Part shown: piece by piece, positions 19,151 to 29,155 of the stretch
Position numbering within the stretch: position 1 is the first letter of the stretch
Layout of the letters: each line of letters begins with the position of its first letter
NCBI GenBank assembly: GCA_048270185.1
Contig: JBLWTJ010000004.1
Coordinates: forward strand, 64,001-128,000
Source of the DNA: Bacteriovoracaceae bacterium
GTDB lineage: Bacteria; Bdellovibrionota; Bacteriovoracia; Bacteriovoracales; Bacteriovoracaceae
Length of the DNA: 64,000 nucleotides
Direction of reading: 5' to 3'
Made by a program: the position numbers and the translations under genes
The notes under the pieces: generated by a model
The model's input: the letters and a program-made list of their open reading frames with translations, nothing else
Told to the model about the DNA's origin: nothing
Databases searched by the model: none

Positions 19151-20929
19151 TTACTCATCGTCTTTTAAGACAATCTTATCTACCTTAGTATCAAAGAGGG
19201 CACTTGCTAAATTAAGCATTTCATCCTCTTCAATTTCCTTTTTATAATTAGCACGTATAATATTCTCATCTTCAATCTTAATATCAAAACGTGATTTAAA
19301 ATCTGTTTCTTCTGCTTTCTTTTTTTCAATCAACTCTACAGTTAAGTCAACTTGAGTAACTTGAAAAAACTTTTTAAGAAATCCTTGAGTTTTCTCTAGA
19401 GTTTCTTTCGTATTCATATGGTCAAAGAAAACTTTAGCACTTACAGGGTAACCAATCGATAGAGTTACCTTATCGCCAACATTGTGAATATCACCTACTA
19501 AATTACCTTGTTCGAGATTTGCTCCCATGACAGGAGATTCACTTGATAGAAATTTAAGAAAACCATCCCAAGTCTTAGGGCCAAGTTCTTGTACCTCCTC
19601 AACAACAGGAGTAACTTCTTCAACCACGACTTCTGCTTCAATCGTCTCTTCAACTACTTCTTCAATTGGTTCAAAGATTATCTTATTAGGTGCAGGCTCT
19701 ACTTCAACAACAGGCTCAGCCTCAACAACTGGTTCAGCTTCAACAATAGGCTCTACTTCAACTGAGGCTTCTTTAGGGGCTTCAGGCTTGGCCTCGACAT
19801 GGGCCTTAGACTTTCCCGGAGCATCCTCCACTTGAGTATCAGAAATCAACTGATGTCTCAACGAAACCTTTCTTAGGACAAGTAAAGTTGCATCTGTTGG
19901 TATAATTGATTCTAGTGTCCATGCAAAATCTTTTGCTAGAGTTTCATAAACCCAATAAAGCTCTGCTCGTGTGGTTTGTGTAAATAGATCCAAATTAACT
20001 TTTGAAGATACACGATTAGGATCATTGAAATCCTTTGCCATAATTATTGAGAATAAATTTTCAAGTAATGATTTTACGATATTCTTAAGGCCAATATTTT
20101 GAGAAACAAGAGCATTAAAAGTATCTGTTACAACTTGAGCATCCTCTGCAAGAAGTCCATCAATGATTGATTTAATTGAACTAAGCTTTGCAACACCTAA
20201 GGCCTTAGCAAATACTTCGTCATTAATTGGTTCGCCAAAAGAGAAACTTAAAACCTGATCAAAAAGTGAAAGAGTATCTCTAAAAGAACCGTTTCCAAGT
20301 TTTGCGAGTGTTTCAACGAGGTCTGGATCAGTGAATGTAATATTTTCCAAACCTGCAATATATTCAATGTGTGACTTAAGTTGGTCAACTGTTGCGTTAA
20401 CGAAATCAAATCTCTGACAACGTGAAAGAACAGTTCCAAGAAGCTTTTCTGGCTCTGTTGTGGCCATTAAGAAAACAGCATGCTCAGGTGGCTCCTCAAG
20501 AGTTTTTAATAATGCATTGAAGGCATTATTTGAAAGCATATGAACTTCATCGATAATATATACTTTATATTTTCCACTAGATGGAAGATAAGAAATATTT
20601 GAAATTAATTCTCTTACATCATCAACGCTATTATTAGATGCTCCATCGATTTCAACAACATTCATAGATGCAGCAGAATCAAAATCTTGACAAGCACCAC
20701 ACACACAACATGGGTTTTGATACTCATCACGATTTTCACAACGTAATGCCTTTGCAAATATTCGAGCAATCGTAGTCTTTCCAATCCCACGAGTTCCAGA
20801 AAAAATATAAGCGTGCCCTAGACGATCATCTCTTAATGAGTTCGCTAAAGTTTTTACGATATGTTCTTGGCCAACAAAATCCTGAAATTTTGTTGGACGA
20901 TATTTTCTGGCCAGGACCTGATATGACAT
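19151..20929 (-). CDS. dnaX: DNA polymerase III subunit gamma/tau
   Basis: LARKYRP, GTRGIGKTT, EIDGAS, IDEVHML, LKTLEEPP and SRC motifs. Confidence 0.97.
   Translation of the reverse strand: MSYQVLARKYRPTKFQDFVGQEHIVKTLANSLRDDRLGHAYIFSGTRGIGKTTIARIFAKALRCENRDEYQNPCCVCGACQDFDSAASMNVVEIDGASNNSVDDVRELISNISYLPSSGKYKVYIIDEVHMLSNNAFNALLKTLEEPPEHAVFLMATTEPEKLLGTVLSRCQRFDFVNATVDQLKSHIEYIAGLENITFTDPDLVETLAKLGNGSFRDTLSLFDQVLSFSFGEPINDEVFAKALGVAKLSSIKSIIDGLLAEDAQVVTDTFNALVSQNIGLKNIVKSLLENLFSIIMAKDFNDPNRVSSKVNLDLFTQTTRAELYWVYETLAKDFAWTLESIIPTDATLLVLRKVSLRHQLISDTQVEDAPGKSKAHVEAKPEAPKEASVEVEPIVEAEPVVEAEPVVEVEPAPNKIIFEPIEEVVEETIEAEVVVEEVTPVVEEVQELGPKTWDGFLKFLSSESPVMGANLEQGNLVGDIHNVGDKVTLSIGYPVSAKVFFDHMNTKETLEKTQGFLKKFFQVTQVDLTVELIEKKKAEETDFKSRFDIKIEDENIIRANYKKEIEEDEMLNLASALFDTKVDKIVLKDDE
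19694..19763. repeat. Degenerate 18-bp coding repeat (VE[AV]EP[IV]) in the DnaX linker
   Basis: Protein VEVEPIVEAEPVVEAEPVVEVEP. Confidence 0.65.
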
Positions 20930-21001
20930 TGGGCACCATCACTTTATATGATTTTAAATTTTGTACTTGTTAACTATAAGAAAAATAATAGGTATTGGAA
21001 A

Positions 21002-21097
21002 GGGGCAGTCGACACAAACACAATGCAACAAAAGCTACCGTTGCTTCGTTCCCGACCTGGCGGAGTTTACCCCGTTACACTTGCCTGGCCGACTACC
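21002..21097 (-). ncRNA. ffs: Small signal recognition particle RNA (4.5S)
   Basis: Minus strand contains CCGCCAGGTCGGGAACGAAGCAACGG (SRP domain IV-like); ends GGTAGTCGGC/GTCGACTGCC pair; canonical position upstream of dnaX. Confidence 0.88.
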
Positions 21098-21140
21098 GTG
21101 CTTGAATATAATATTTCTGACAGCATGCTGTCAAACAAAG

Positions 21141-22418
21141 CTAGTATTTTATTGTAATTGTATCACCATCGAGACTCACCGAGTCAGAGGTAATAAATTT
21201 CATCACAAATTTCAAAACTAATTTTGTTGCTCTAAGACCTGCAACCTTAGCTCGATCAACTTTTATTGTAACTTCTCTAAGTTCTTCATTAATTTCAACT
21301 TTACCTGAAGCTCTAAATTTAAAACCAATTAATGCCTTTAGTTTGGCCGTCATATTAAATCGATGATTAGTGACATTTATCTTAAGATCACGAATGCGAT
21401 TTTTTGGCGATTCAACTTTTGATTCACTTACTCGTTCGATACTAAATTCTGAGTGACGAAGACAACCGACATAAATTGCGTCGGCACTAATATCCTTGTC
21501 TGATGGAAGAGTTTTTAAACATCGGGCCTTGATATCACTAAAAATAAAATGACCTTTCTTAGTTTTTGCTTCAAGTTCTTTTGCTTCAAGACCTAAATGA
21601 TTATCTTCAAAATAAACCTCTCCATAAAAAACATTAAAAGGCATTCCTTCCCTTAATAGTTTAATCTCATCTCCAGCAATTCTTGATTCTTGAAGGCAAC
21701 CTGAGAAGATCAAATCGATATTAAACGAATCAACAGTCGGGTCTTTAAAACAATCAACTTTAATACTATTAAATTCAATCGAACTGTCTAGTACGTAGCC
21801 ATGGACACTTTGAGCATCAATCAAAATTCTATTTTCTGAAAAATTAACTTCCTTTCCAAGAATATTAACATTAGCAGGCTTATCACCATTTTGTTTTATT
21901 TCAACTTTTGCAAACTCACTACTTTCTCGAGGCTTGATTAACATATTTTTCAAACAAACTTCATCTAAGTTAAAAGTAAACTCACTACCGACACAGTTAA
22001 TGTCCACATCTTGAATTGCAAAAAGAAATTTATCAGCACCAATACTAAGCTCAGGTCCATTAGCGTAGAAACCCTTATCAGAGAATTCAATAATGGCCTC
22101 TTTAGCATTGATAAAATTTAACAGATCTATTTCTGGGAAAGTTGGAATATTAGTAGCGAAATTTAAATTATCTTTTCTTACTGCTATTTTATTATTATAT
22201 AAAGACGCATCAACAAGAAATAATTCCCCATTTTGTGTTAAGTCGAACTCAACATTATCGTATTTGATTAATATATCTCGCGCGTAAATATCACCATTTA
22301 AATGATTTGCTTCTGGCTTTCTATTTAAATCGATAGAATCAACTTCAAAGTGCATCAAGTTTGCGTAAGATGAGATTGAAGCTAAAACTAGCATTACTAC
22401 TAAATTAAATTTCATCAT
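21141..22418 (-). CDS. Secreted beta-rich hypothetical protein with three Cys-pair repeats
   Basis: Signal peptide ending SYA; repeated C-x(12-17)-CL units. Confidence 0.75.
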   Translation of the reverse strand: MMKFNLVVMLVLASISSYANLMHFEVDSIDLNRKPEANHLNGDIYARDILIKYDNVEFDLTQNGELFLVDASLYNNKIAVRKDNLNFATNIPTFPEIDLLNFINAKEAIIEFSDKGFYANGPELSIGADKFLFAIQDVDINCVGSEFTFNLDEVCLKNMLIKPRESSEFAKVEIKQNGDKPANVNILGKEVNFSENRILIDAQSVHGYVLDSSIEFNSIKVDCFKDPTVDSFNIDLIFSGCLQESRIAGDEIKLLREGMPFNVFYGEVYFEDNHLGLEAKELEAKTKKGHFIFSDIKARCLKTLPSDKDISADAIYVGCLRHSEFSIERVSESKVESPKNRIRDLKINVTNHRFNMTAKLKALIGFKFRASGKVEINEELREVTIKVDRAKVAGLRATKLVLKFVMKFITSDSVSLDGDTITIKY

Positions 22419-22463
22419 AGTTATATGGTGAAAAGTTTTGTTAAGAATGTAAACATATACAAA

Positions 22464-22946
22464 CTAACTTTGACGTTTTCGATAGGTTTTTCGACGTAAT
22501 TTGAAGAAATCTGATAATACTTTCGAACACTTAAAGTGTTCAACTCCACCAATGATAGAAAATTTATGATTAAAACGTGGGTCTTTTTGGAAGCTATAGC
22601 CAAGAGAGACAGAGCCGGCCTTTTGATCGTAGGCACCAAAAACAACATTTTTAAAACGTGCCTGTAGGATTGCATAAAGACACATCGGACAAGGCTCAAG
22701 TGTTACATAAAGAGTGCACTCAAGTAAACGCCAATCACCTAACTTAGAACTTGCTTCTTGAATGGCCAAAATTTCTGCATGTGCTGTTGTATCTTTATTG
22801 ATCTCTTTTAGATTATGAGCACTAGCAATAACATTATCATTGTCATCAACAATTACGGCACCAACTGGTACTTCCCCTAACTTAAAAGCTTTCTCAGCTT
22901 CCTTAAGTGCAAGATTCATATTCCAAATGTGAGACTTCATATTCAT
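22464..22946 (-). CDS. tadA: tRNA adenosine(34) deaminase
   Basis: GEVPVGA, HAE, TLEPCPMC and C-terminal FF..RR motifs. Confidence 0.92.
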   Translation of the reverse strand: MNMKSHIWNMNLALKEAEKAFKLGEVPVGAVIVDDNDNVIASAHNLKEINKDTTAHAEILAIQEASSKLGDWRLLECTLYVTLEPCPMCLYAILQARFKNVVFGAYDQKAGSVSLGYSFQKDPRFNHKFSIIGGVEHFKCSKVLSDFFKLRRKTYRKRQS

Positions 22947-23671
22947 GACTTAAACTTTTTATTTTTTTTGGCCTTTCGCTCAAAGTTCCAATACTTTTCT
23001 AGTTTTTGATACTTTGATTTTTCTTCGTCTTCATTAATAAGGAAGCGAACACCATATGTAAATGGTCGTCCAATAGAATGTTGTCTTTTTGAAACAACTT
23101 CGACATTGAGTCGACCTTCAAGAATTTCCTTCTTTAGTTCAATTTCAAATTTATCACCAATATTGAGGTCATCAAAGAGAGTCACACCAGCGGCTTTTCG
23201 TCTTAAATCAACAAGGCGGCCATCGATTCCTTCTAATTTATCTGAGAAGACCTTTGTCTTAAGATCATTTCGATATCTAAAGTCATACTCCCACCAGCTT
23301 ATAACTGGATAAAAAACAGGTGAATAGAGAGAATAACAAAGTACAACTAGAAGGAACAAAGACATTGTATAAAGAAAGAACAATGAAAAGTCGTTATAGT
23401 AGTAAAGAGATCGAATAAGACTGAATGTTAGCAACAGCGTGCTAATGAAACTTAACGTCCAAAAAGAATAGTGTACATTCTTCTGCATACGATAAAATAG
23501 TCGATAAAATATCACCAAGAAGATGATTCCAAAAAGTGCAATGAAATTAAATTGAAATTTCAAAAACTCATAGCCTTTGGCCAAGAAAAAGAGAAAACAA
23601 TGGAGAGAGAATAAAGCCTGAGCTTTATTGAAATCACTTTTAATAGAGAGCTTACTAATACTAATTAACAT
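22943..23671 (-). CDS. Four-TM membrane protein with a PilZ-like C-terminal domain
   Basis: Four hydrophobic segments, then FRYR..., GRLVDLRRKAAGV and YGVRF. Confidence 0.55.
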   Translation of the reverse strand: MLISISKLSIKSDFNKAQALFSLHCFLFFLAKGYEFLKFQFNFIALFGIIFLVIFYRLFYRMQKNVHYSFWTLSFISTLLLTFSLIRSLYYYNDFSLFFLYTMSLFLLVVLCYSLYSPVFYPVISWWEYDFRYRNDLKTKVFSDKLEGIDGRLVDLRRKAAGVTLFDDLNIGDKFEIELKKEILEGRLNVEVVSKRQHSIGRPFTYGVRFLINEDEEKSKYQKLEKYWNFERKAKKNKKFKS

Positions 23672-23694
23672 ATATTTATTTTATCAAATATAAA

Positions 23695-25161
23695 TCAATT
23701 AATAATGAGTGGAACTATTTGCTTAGGATCTTTATTGCGGGTGAATTTGAACTTCTTTTCACCTAAGGCAAGCTCGTACTCACCTTCTTTAAGATTTAAT
23801 GGAACTAGCATAATATGATCATAAATACCGTACCAAGATCGTAGGTCAGCAAGCTCTGATTCTTGAATCGCCTTATTTCCGACAGCGTAAGCTGCACTTG
23901 CAGATAAATATGCAATAAAGCCTCCACTACTATAGAGACTTCGATAAGTTTGGTATGCGGATGTCAATAGAGCGATATGCTTTGCCGCAAGCCTTGCTCC
24001 AACCTTGGCCTCGAGTAATCCTACTTCAGATTTCAAGGAACTACTCAGAACCTCAGAAGTATTTGCCATAAGAATTGGATCAGTACTTGCAAGCACCTTC
24101 CCTGATTTATCATAAACTTTAACTTCACCAGGAGTATCGTAGGATCTAGAATTGATCTTTGGTAACTCAAAGCTTATTGTTGGCTTTGTTCCCGCTGTAA
24201 TTGAAAGCATTTTTAGCGAGAAAGTTACAAAGTCATCCATCTCACCACGATTAGAAATATAAACACCAACAGGTAACCCTAAAGGAAAGCTATAAACATC
24301 CGCTGATTTTTTTATGACATGTCCATTTAAGATAATTAGATATGTATTATACTTTTTTTTCGACTTAAAAAAATCATTAGTAACTTCAAATGTTTTAGTC
24401 TTTGTTACATATTTCTCTAATTCACTTTGATTCTTTAAATGTAGATCTTTATAATCATCGCGATACTTATCATGTGAACTATTAAAACTTGGGTAAATTC
24501 CCATTTGTTGGATCAGATCACGTTGGCCTATTTCCTTGAAGTTATTGACTACACTTCTATCTTTGGCGCGTCCAAAAGTATCATGAACGACAATCCCCAT
24601 TAGGTCGATAAAAGTTGAACCTTTATAAATTGCACGGCCTCGATTCTGTGCTTTGAAGTTTTCAATATAAGCACTCCAATCTCGTAGAGTTGAAACCATG
24701 GCCTGCATATGAAATCTTTTATCTTGAGCTTTTGTTGCTAATTGTGATTTCTGATAATGAGCAAGAATTTCATAGAAGCGAATATTGGCCTGTTCGAATT
24801 GATTTGGATAATAAATATCAGTGGCTTCACCAATAAACAAAGATTCAACTTTATTAGATATACTAATTTTGTAGAGATCATTCGCGATTATCTTTGCATT
24901 ATTTAAATGTTCGAGTGCCTTATCATAATTTGCTAAATTAAAGTAAGCAATTCCAAGTTCAGCTTGTTTTAGGAAACGGTCTTCTTCTCTATTATAAACA
25001 TCACCCTTACTGATCTTATCAATCACTTGTTGATAACTTTTGCCTTTATAGAGTAAAGAAATGGCATCTCCCTCATCTCTGACTTTCCTTGCAGCACATG
25101 CAACGAGAGACAAAGATAAGATGAGATATGAAATATTTTTAAAAATGGTCTTTAAATGCAA
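23695..25161 (-). CDS. COG3014-like TPR lipoprotein
   Basis: Lipobox LVAC; TPR-like ELGIAYFNLANYDKA; C-terminal ADLRSW motif. Confidence 0.7.
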   Translation of the reverse strand: MHLKTIFKNISYLILSLSLVACAARKVRDEGDAISLLYKGKSYQQVIDKISKGDVYNREEDRFLKQAELGIAYFNLANYDKALEHLNNAKIIANDLYKISISNKVESLFIGEATDIYYPNQFEQANIRFYEILAHYQKSQLATKAQDKRFHMQAMVSTLRDWSAYIENFKAQNRGRAIYKGSTFIDLMGIVVHDTFGRAKDRSVVNNFKEIGQRDLIQQMGIYPSFNSSHDKYRDDYKDLHLKNQSELEKYVTKTKTFEVTNDFFKSKKKYNTYLIILNGHVIKKSADVYSFPLGLPVGVYISNRGEMDDFVTFSLKMLSITAGTKPTISFELPKINSRSYDTPGEVKVYDKSGKVLASTDPILMANTSEVLSSSLKSEVGLLEAKVGARLAAKHIALLTSAYQTYRSLYSSGGFIAYLSASAAYAVGNKAIQESELADLRSWYGIYDHIMLVPLNLKEGEYELALGEKKFKFTRNKDPKQIVPLIIN

Positions 25162-25162
25162 T

Positions 25163-25768
25163 CTACCAACCTACTTTAGATTGCTCAGAGTATTTGTTCA
25201 CTCTCGTTCTAGTTCTCATTACTTCAATTCCTCTTGAAATATCAGTCATGCGAATATTGAAAGTATACTCCTTAAGGGTTTTTCCACCTCTTTGTCTTGG
25301 CTGCATTCTAACATTACCAAAAATTAGTAAATCTGCTCCAGCAGCATTTCCAATTTTTTTGGCCTCTGCAGGACTAACCATTCCGTCATTTTGATACTGA
25401 ATCTCTTTAAGTAATGTTTCTCTTGCTGCTGCATCGATTAAAATATACTCACCCGATTCACTTAACTGAGTTAGAAACTCATCAGAAATATCATCTGTTG
25501 GGAAATATGGCTCTGCTGTTTGATTGGCAAGTTCAGCAACGAATACTTTCGGACGACGACCTAATTTCATAAGGTAGTTTTTAAACCCTTTATGCTGCTT
25601 CATCTTTTGTAGAACAGTTTCAACTGAGTTTTCAGTATCTCTTGTTACCCATGCATCTGTAATTTCCAGTGATTTCTCATCTGATTGATCTCCAGAAACA
25701 CGCTCTGCCTGAAAACCACCACAAGATACAAGACCAAATAATAGTCCAATTAAAAAAATCTTTTTCAT
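25163..25768 (-). CDS. lpoB: LpoB-like (penicillin-binding protein activator / CsgG-fold) lipoprotein
   Basis: Lipobox LVSC; NQTAE, EIQYQNDGMV and KKIGNAAGAD motifs. Confidence 0.7.
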   Translation of the reverse strand: MKKIFLIGLLFGLVSCGGFQAERVSGDQSDEKSLEITDAWVTRDTENSVETVLQKMKQHKGFKNYLMKLGRRPKVFVAELANQTAEPYFPTDDISDEFLTQLSESGEYILIDAAARETLLKEIQYQNDGMVSPAEAKKIGNAAGADLLIFGNVRMQPRQRGGKTLKEYTFNIRMTDISRGIEVMRTRTRVNKYSEQSKVGW

Positions 25769-25779
25769 CTATCCTCCAA

Positions 25780-26625
25780 TTAAATCTTTAAACTTAAAAA
25801 AACATCAGGAATATCATCAATAAGTTCTTTTAAAACTTGCTCAATGATGGCCTTTTCAGATCGACCTGTTTGTGTATATCTTTTTGTAATATTAATTTTA
25901 TTCTTCTTGAAGTTAATTTCAAGTGTACGTTTGATAAATCCATCAACATTCAAAAACTCTCTAACTAACGCAATAGATATGATTAGCTCAGTTTTTGATT
26001 CACTATTAAATACATTATTCTTATTAATCTCTGTTATTAACACCTTATCCACACTGCTGAACTTAGGTTGTGAATAAAAGGTAATTTTAATATTCTTCTT
26101 ATCAAATAACTTAAACTTCTTTACGTTTGACTTGTACGTGTCCGTCAGAGCCGCTACATAAACATCTAGTTTTTTTATAACGCTATTATTGGCCCTTATT
26201 TTAGAAAGGCCTAGATAAAATCCCTGCTTATATATTTCTTCGTTTTCAGAGTTTAAATTACCAATATCACTTTTTAGCTTTGTTAAAAATCTCGACTTAT
26301 TAAGACCCATGAGAACACAATGGTAGGACTCTTCATCAAGAAATGACTCGACTGTTTCAACACCAAATAAGTTTTCTGAAACCTCTTCACTTACATAGTC
26401 CGAATACTCACCTTCATCAAGCTTACCTATTGAGCTCTCAATTGAAGTGAACTTTGCTTTCACTTTCACTTGAAAGTTTTTAGCAATCTCAACTCTTGCA
26501 TCTTCAATTGCTTCTGCCTCACTTAAGCTACAAGCTTTTGCACAAAGATAATTCTTCGGACAAGACTTAACTTGGCCATAGGCCAGAAAAGGTAAAATCA
26601 ATAGTAGTAAAAATTTATTCTTCAA
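25780..26625 (-). CDS. Secreted LPP20-like domain protein
   Basis: Signal peptide; EAIEDARVEIAKNFQVKV pattern; operon context. Confidence 0.55.
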   Translation of the reverse strand: MKNKFLLLLILPFLAYGQVKSCPKNYLCAKACSLSEAEAIEDARVEIAKNFQVKVKAKFTSIESSIGKLDEGEYSDYVSEEVSENLFGVETVESFLDEESYHCVLMGLNKSRFLTKLKSDIGNLNSENEEIYKQGFYLGLSKIRANNSVIKKLDVYVAALTDTYKSNVKKFKLFDKKNIKITFYSQPKFSSVDKVLITEINKNNVFNSESKTELIISIALVREFLNVDGFIKRTLEINFKKNKINITKRYTQTGRSEKAIIEQVLKELIDDIPDVFLSLKI

Positions 26626-27199
26626 ACTTCTTTCTCAACTCTTCTTTCTGCTCTTGATTTTTCATTTTTGCTAGAGCTGTTTGTCTTGCAAAATTAATTG
26701 CCGACTGAAGTGATTCTTCTTTTATTCCTACAAGAGAATAACATGCATAGTAAGGGTTGCCTTCAAGTACTTCTTCTTTCTGTTTTTGGCGTTTTTCCCA
26801 GTATTGTTTCTTAACTCTAATTCCTGATACTTTTGTCTTTATCGATTGAGTTAAAGTTTCATGAAATGATTTAACTTCTTCGGAGTCCGAGTCAAGGCTT
26901 GTTACTTCTGTATAATCATTTGCTATTTCTTGTGAAATTTCAGATGCAATAACTGCAGTTGATCTTGCTGTTGCAGACTTTACACAAAGTCTTCTATTAC
27001 GATTTTCTGATTGTGAAACAAAATAATGATAAGACTTATCACCTTCTTTAAAACCATCAGCATCTTCTAACCAATCAGGCTCAACTTTATGAGATGCATT
27101 TAGAACTTTATAATCAAGGTCGAACTCTCTTGCTTTCTTTGTAGATGAACAAGAAATAATAAAAGTAAGTGACAATAAAACTAGAAATATTTTTTTCAT
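26615..27199 (-). CDS. LPP20-like lipoprotein
   Basis: Lipobox IISC; PDW, A..IASEI and SGIRVKKQYW patterns. Confidence 0.6.
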   Translation of the reverse strand: MKKIFLVLLSLTFIISCSSTKKAREFDLDYKVLNASHKVEPDWLEDADGFKEGDKSYHYFVSQSENRNRRLCVKSATARSTAVIASEISQEIANDYTEVTSLDSDSEEVKSFHETLTQSIKTKVSGIRVKKQYWEKRQKQKEEVLEGNPYYACYSLVGIKEESLQSAINFARQTALAKMKNQEQKEELRKKFEE

Positions 27200-27271
27200 T
27201 ATAACTCCATATAGATACGATTAATTGAGACAACTAATTTTACTTTATAGGGCCATTAAATCAATGAAATT

Positions 27272-28027
27272 TTATTTTAGGAGTTCTTTGACTGCAACGT
27301 GACTAAGTAAGAAACCAACAGTACCTGTCATGTAAGTAGCTGTGCCTAGCCCACCATTACAATCAAGTTTAAGAGCTTTTGAAGTTTGGTCAATATCACA
27401 CTTTTGTATTTTCTTTGAAGGCTCAGGAGAATAGACACATTGCACCTTGGCCTTTGATCTTCCCAATGGATAGAGGTGCTTCTTTTTTAATTCCTGTCTA
27501 ACCTTGCGATATAGCATATCCTGTTTAGTTTTTGAAAGCTCGGCCACTGTAATCATTGTAGGGTCTGTTTTTCCACCAATAGCACCAGAGCTGACTACCT
27601 TCACATCGCGTTTAAAGCATTCATTTATTAATAAAGCCTTCTCTCTAGGAGCATCGATTGTATCAATTATGATTGAAGGTTTTTCAGCAAAGATTTTTTC
27701 CATATTCTTCTCATTAAAGAAGCACAAATGGACATTCACTTTACAATCAGGATTTATTTTTGAGATTCTTTCGGCTAAAGCATCAGCTTTCATCTGCCCG
27801 TAGCTTCCATCAAGAGCGTGAATTTGGCGATTAGTATTAGAGACACAAATATCATCAAGATCAACTAGCGTTATTTGATTAGCTCCAAGGCGAGCAATCG
27901 ATTCAACACACCAAGTTCCAACGCCACCAAGCCCAATAATTAAGAAATGTGAATTCTTAACTATATTAGCTTCACTCTCTCCAAGTAAAGAGGCTATTCC
28001 ATTGAATCTTTGATCGTGATTTGACAT
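27272..28027 (-). CDS. tcdA: tRNA threonylcarbamoyladenosine dehydratase (ThiF/E1-like)
   Basis: GLGGVG, DLDDICVSNTNRQ, GGKTDP and CVYSPE motifs. Confidence 0.9.
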   Translation of the reverse strand: MSNHDQRFNGIASLLGESEANIVKNSHFLIIGLGGVGTWCVESIARLGANQITLVDLDDICVSNTNRQIHALDGSYGQMKADALAERISKINPDCKVNVHLCFFNEKNMEKIFAEKPSIIIDTIDAPREKALLINECFKRDVKVVSSGAIGGKTDPTMITVAELSKTKQDMLYRKVRQELKKKHLYPLGRSKAKVQCVYSPEPSKKIQKCDIDQTSKALKLDCNGGLGTATYMTGTVGFLLSHVAVKELLK

Positions 28028-28072
28028 AGGATTACTTCCAAAAAGGTAAGTAAATTCAGGTAGTTAAAATCA

Positions 28073-28149
28073 TGGCGCACTCGGCAGGAGTCGAACCTGC
28101 GACCTTCTGATCCGTAGTCAGACACTCTATCCAGCTGAGCTACGAGTGC
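28073..28149 (-). tRNA. tRNA-Arg(ACG)
   Basis: GCACTCG/CGAGTGC acceptor stem, anticodon loop CT-ACG-GA, GGTTCGACTCC, encoded CCA. Confidence 0.97.
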
Positions 28150-28285
28150 GCATGTAGGAGTATTTATAGCCCCTAACCTCTCATATTGTCAATTGAGTAA
28201 TTCAATTGGGAAAAAAATTGTCAGAATCCACCAATCCATATGACAATGATTAAACCTCAAATATTAAAGATTTAAGGAAGTTGAT

Positions 28286-29155
28286 TTGTTTTTTAGATTA
28301 ATTATATCGTGTATGGTGAGCTATAGCCTATTAGCTCAAAATGACCTTCAAAAATCATTAGAAAAGCGTGAAGCTGAAATCCAGCGCTCCAATAAAACAG
28401 ACTCATTAGTGAGTGCGTATAAGCCTAATTATATTTTACCAGCAACTTATATGCATAAGACAAATACCAAGCCTTTTTCTGAGGGAGATAATATTGATAA
28501 TGTTGAAACGAAATATCAGCTTAGTTTTCGTTTTACAGTTCTCGCTGAATTATTAGGATCAAAGACAGATTTAGATTTCGCTTACACACAAAAATCTTTT
28601 TGGCAGCTTTACAATAAAAAGAGCTCTGCCGTTTTTAGAGAGACAAACTATGAGCCTGAGCTTTTTCTAACTTTTAAACCATTTAAAGAAGATTGGAGAA
28701 TATTTAAAAACTACTATCAATTTGGATTTCTCCATCAATCAAACGGAAAAGATCTACCACAATCAAGAAGCTGGAATCGTATTTTTTTGACAACTTACTT
28801 TGAGTGGCGTGAGACATTATTCATGCTCAAACTCTGGTACCGCCTCCCGGAGAATAATAAAACCTCACCAAGTGATTACACTGGAGATGACAACCCAGAC
28901 TTAACTGATTATACGGGTTTTTTTGAATTAACAGGAATACACAAAATTGGTGGCCATACACTAACAATGGTTTTAAGAAATAATTTGAAAAAAGATAATA
29001 AAGGATCAATTGAACTCGATTGGTCATTTCCTTTACCTGATACAAGGCTTAAAGGTTATCTTCAATATTACAATGGTTATGCTGAAAGCTTAATCGACTA
29101 TAATTTCCCGATGTCGAGAGTTGGTCTAGGGGTTGCATTTACAGATTGGTTATAA
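28286..29155 (+). CDS. pldA: Outer membrane phospholipase A (OMPLA)
   Basis: YKPNY, KYQLS, FRETNYEPE, HQSNG, SRSWNR and GYAESLIDYN motifs. Confidence 0.93.
   Translation: MFFRLIISCMVSYSLLAQNDLQKSLEKREAEIQRSNKTDSLVSAYKPNYILPATYMHKTNTKPFSEGDNIDNVETKYQLSFRFTVLAELLGSKTDLDFAYTQKSFWQLYNKKSSAVFRETNYEPELFLTFKPFKEDWRIFKNYYQFGFLHQSNGKDLPQSRSWNRIFLTTYFEWRETLFMLKLWYRLPENNKTSPSDYTGDDNPDLTDYTGFFELTGIHKIGGHTLTMVLRNNLKKDNKGSIELDWSFPLPDTRLKGYLQYYNGYAESLIDYNFPMSRVGLGVAFTDWL

Noticed and set aside
19319..19325. A-AAA-AAG slippery heptamer in dnaX (possible -1 frameshift to gamma)
   Set aside because: Lies near the C-terminus rather than just after domain III; no clear upstream SD or downstream hairpin; expected by chance at Glu-Lys-Lys codons in an AT-rich genome.
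20948..21221. Two short plus-strand ORFs
   Set aside because: Antisense to the SRP RNA; no protein features.
22464..28149. tadA, tcdA and tRNA-Arg(ACG) as a tRNA-modification module
   Set aside because: Separated by unrelated lipoprotein genes; all are ordinary housekeeping genes, so proximity may be incidental.
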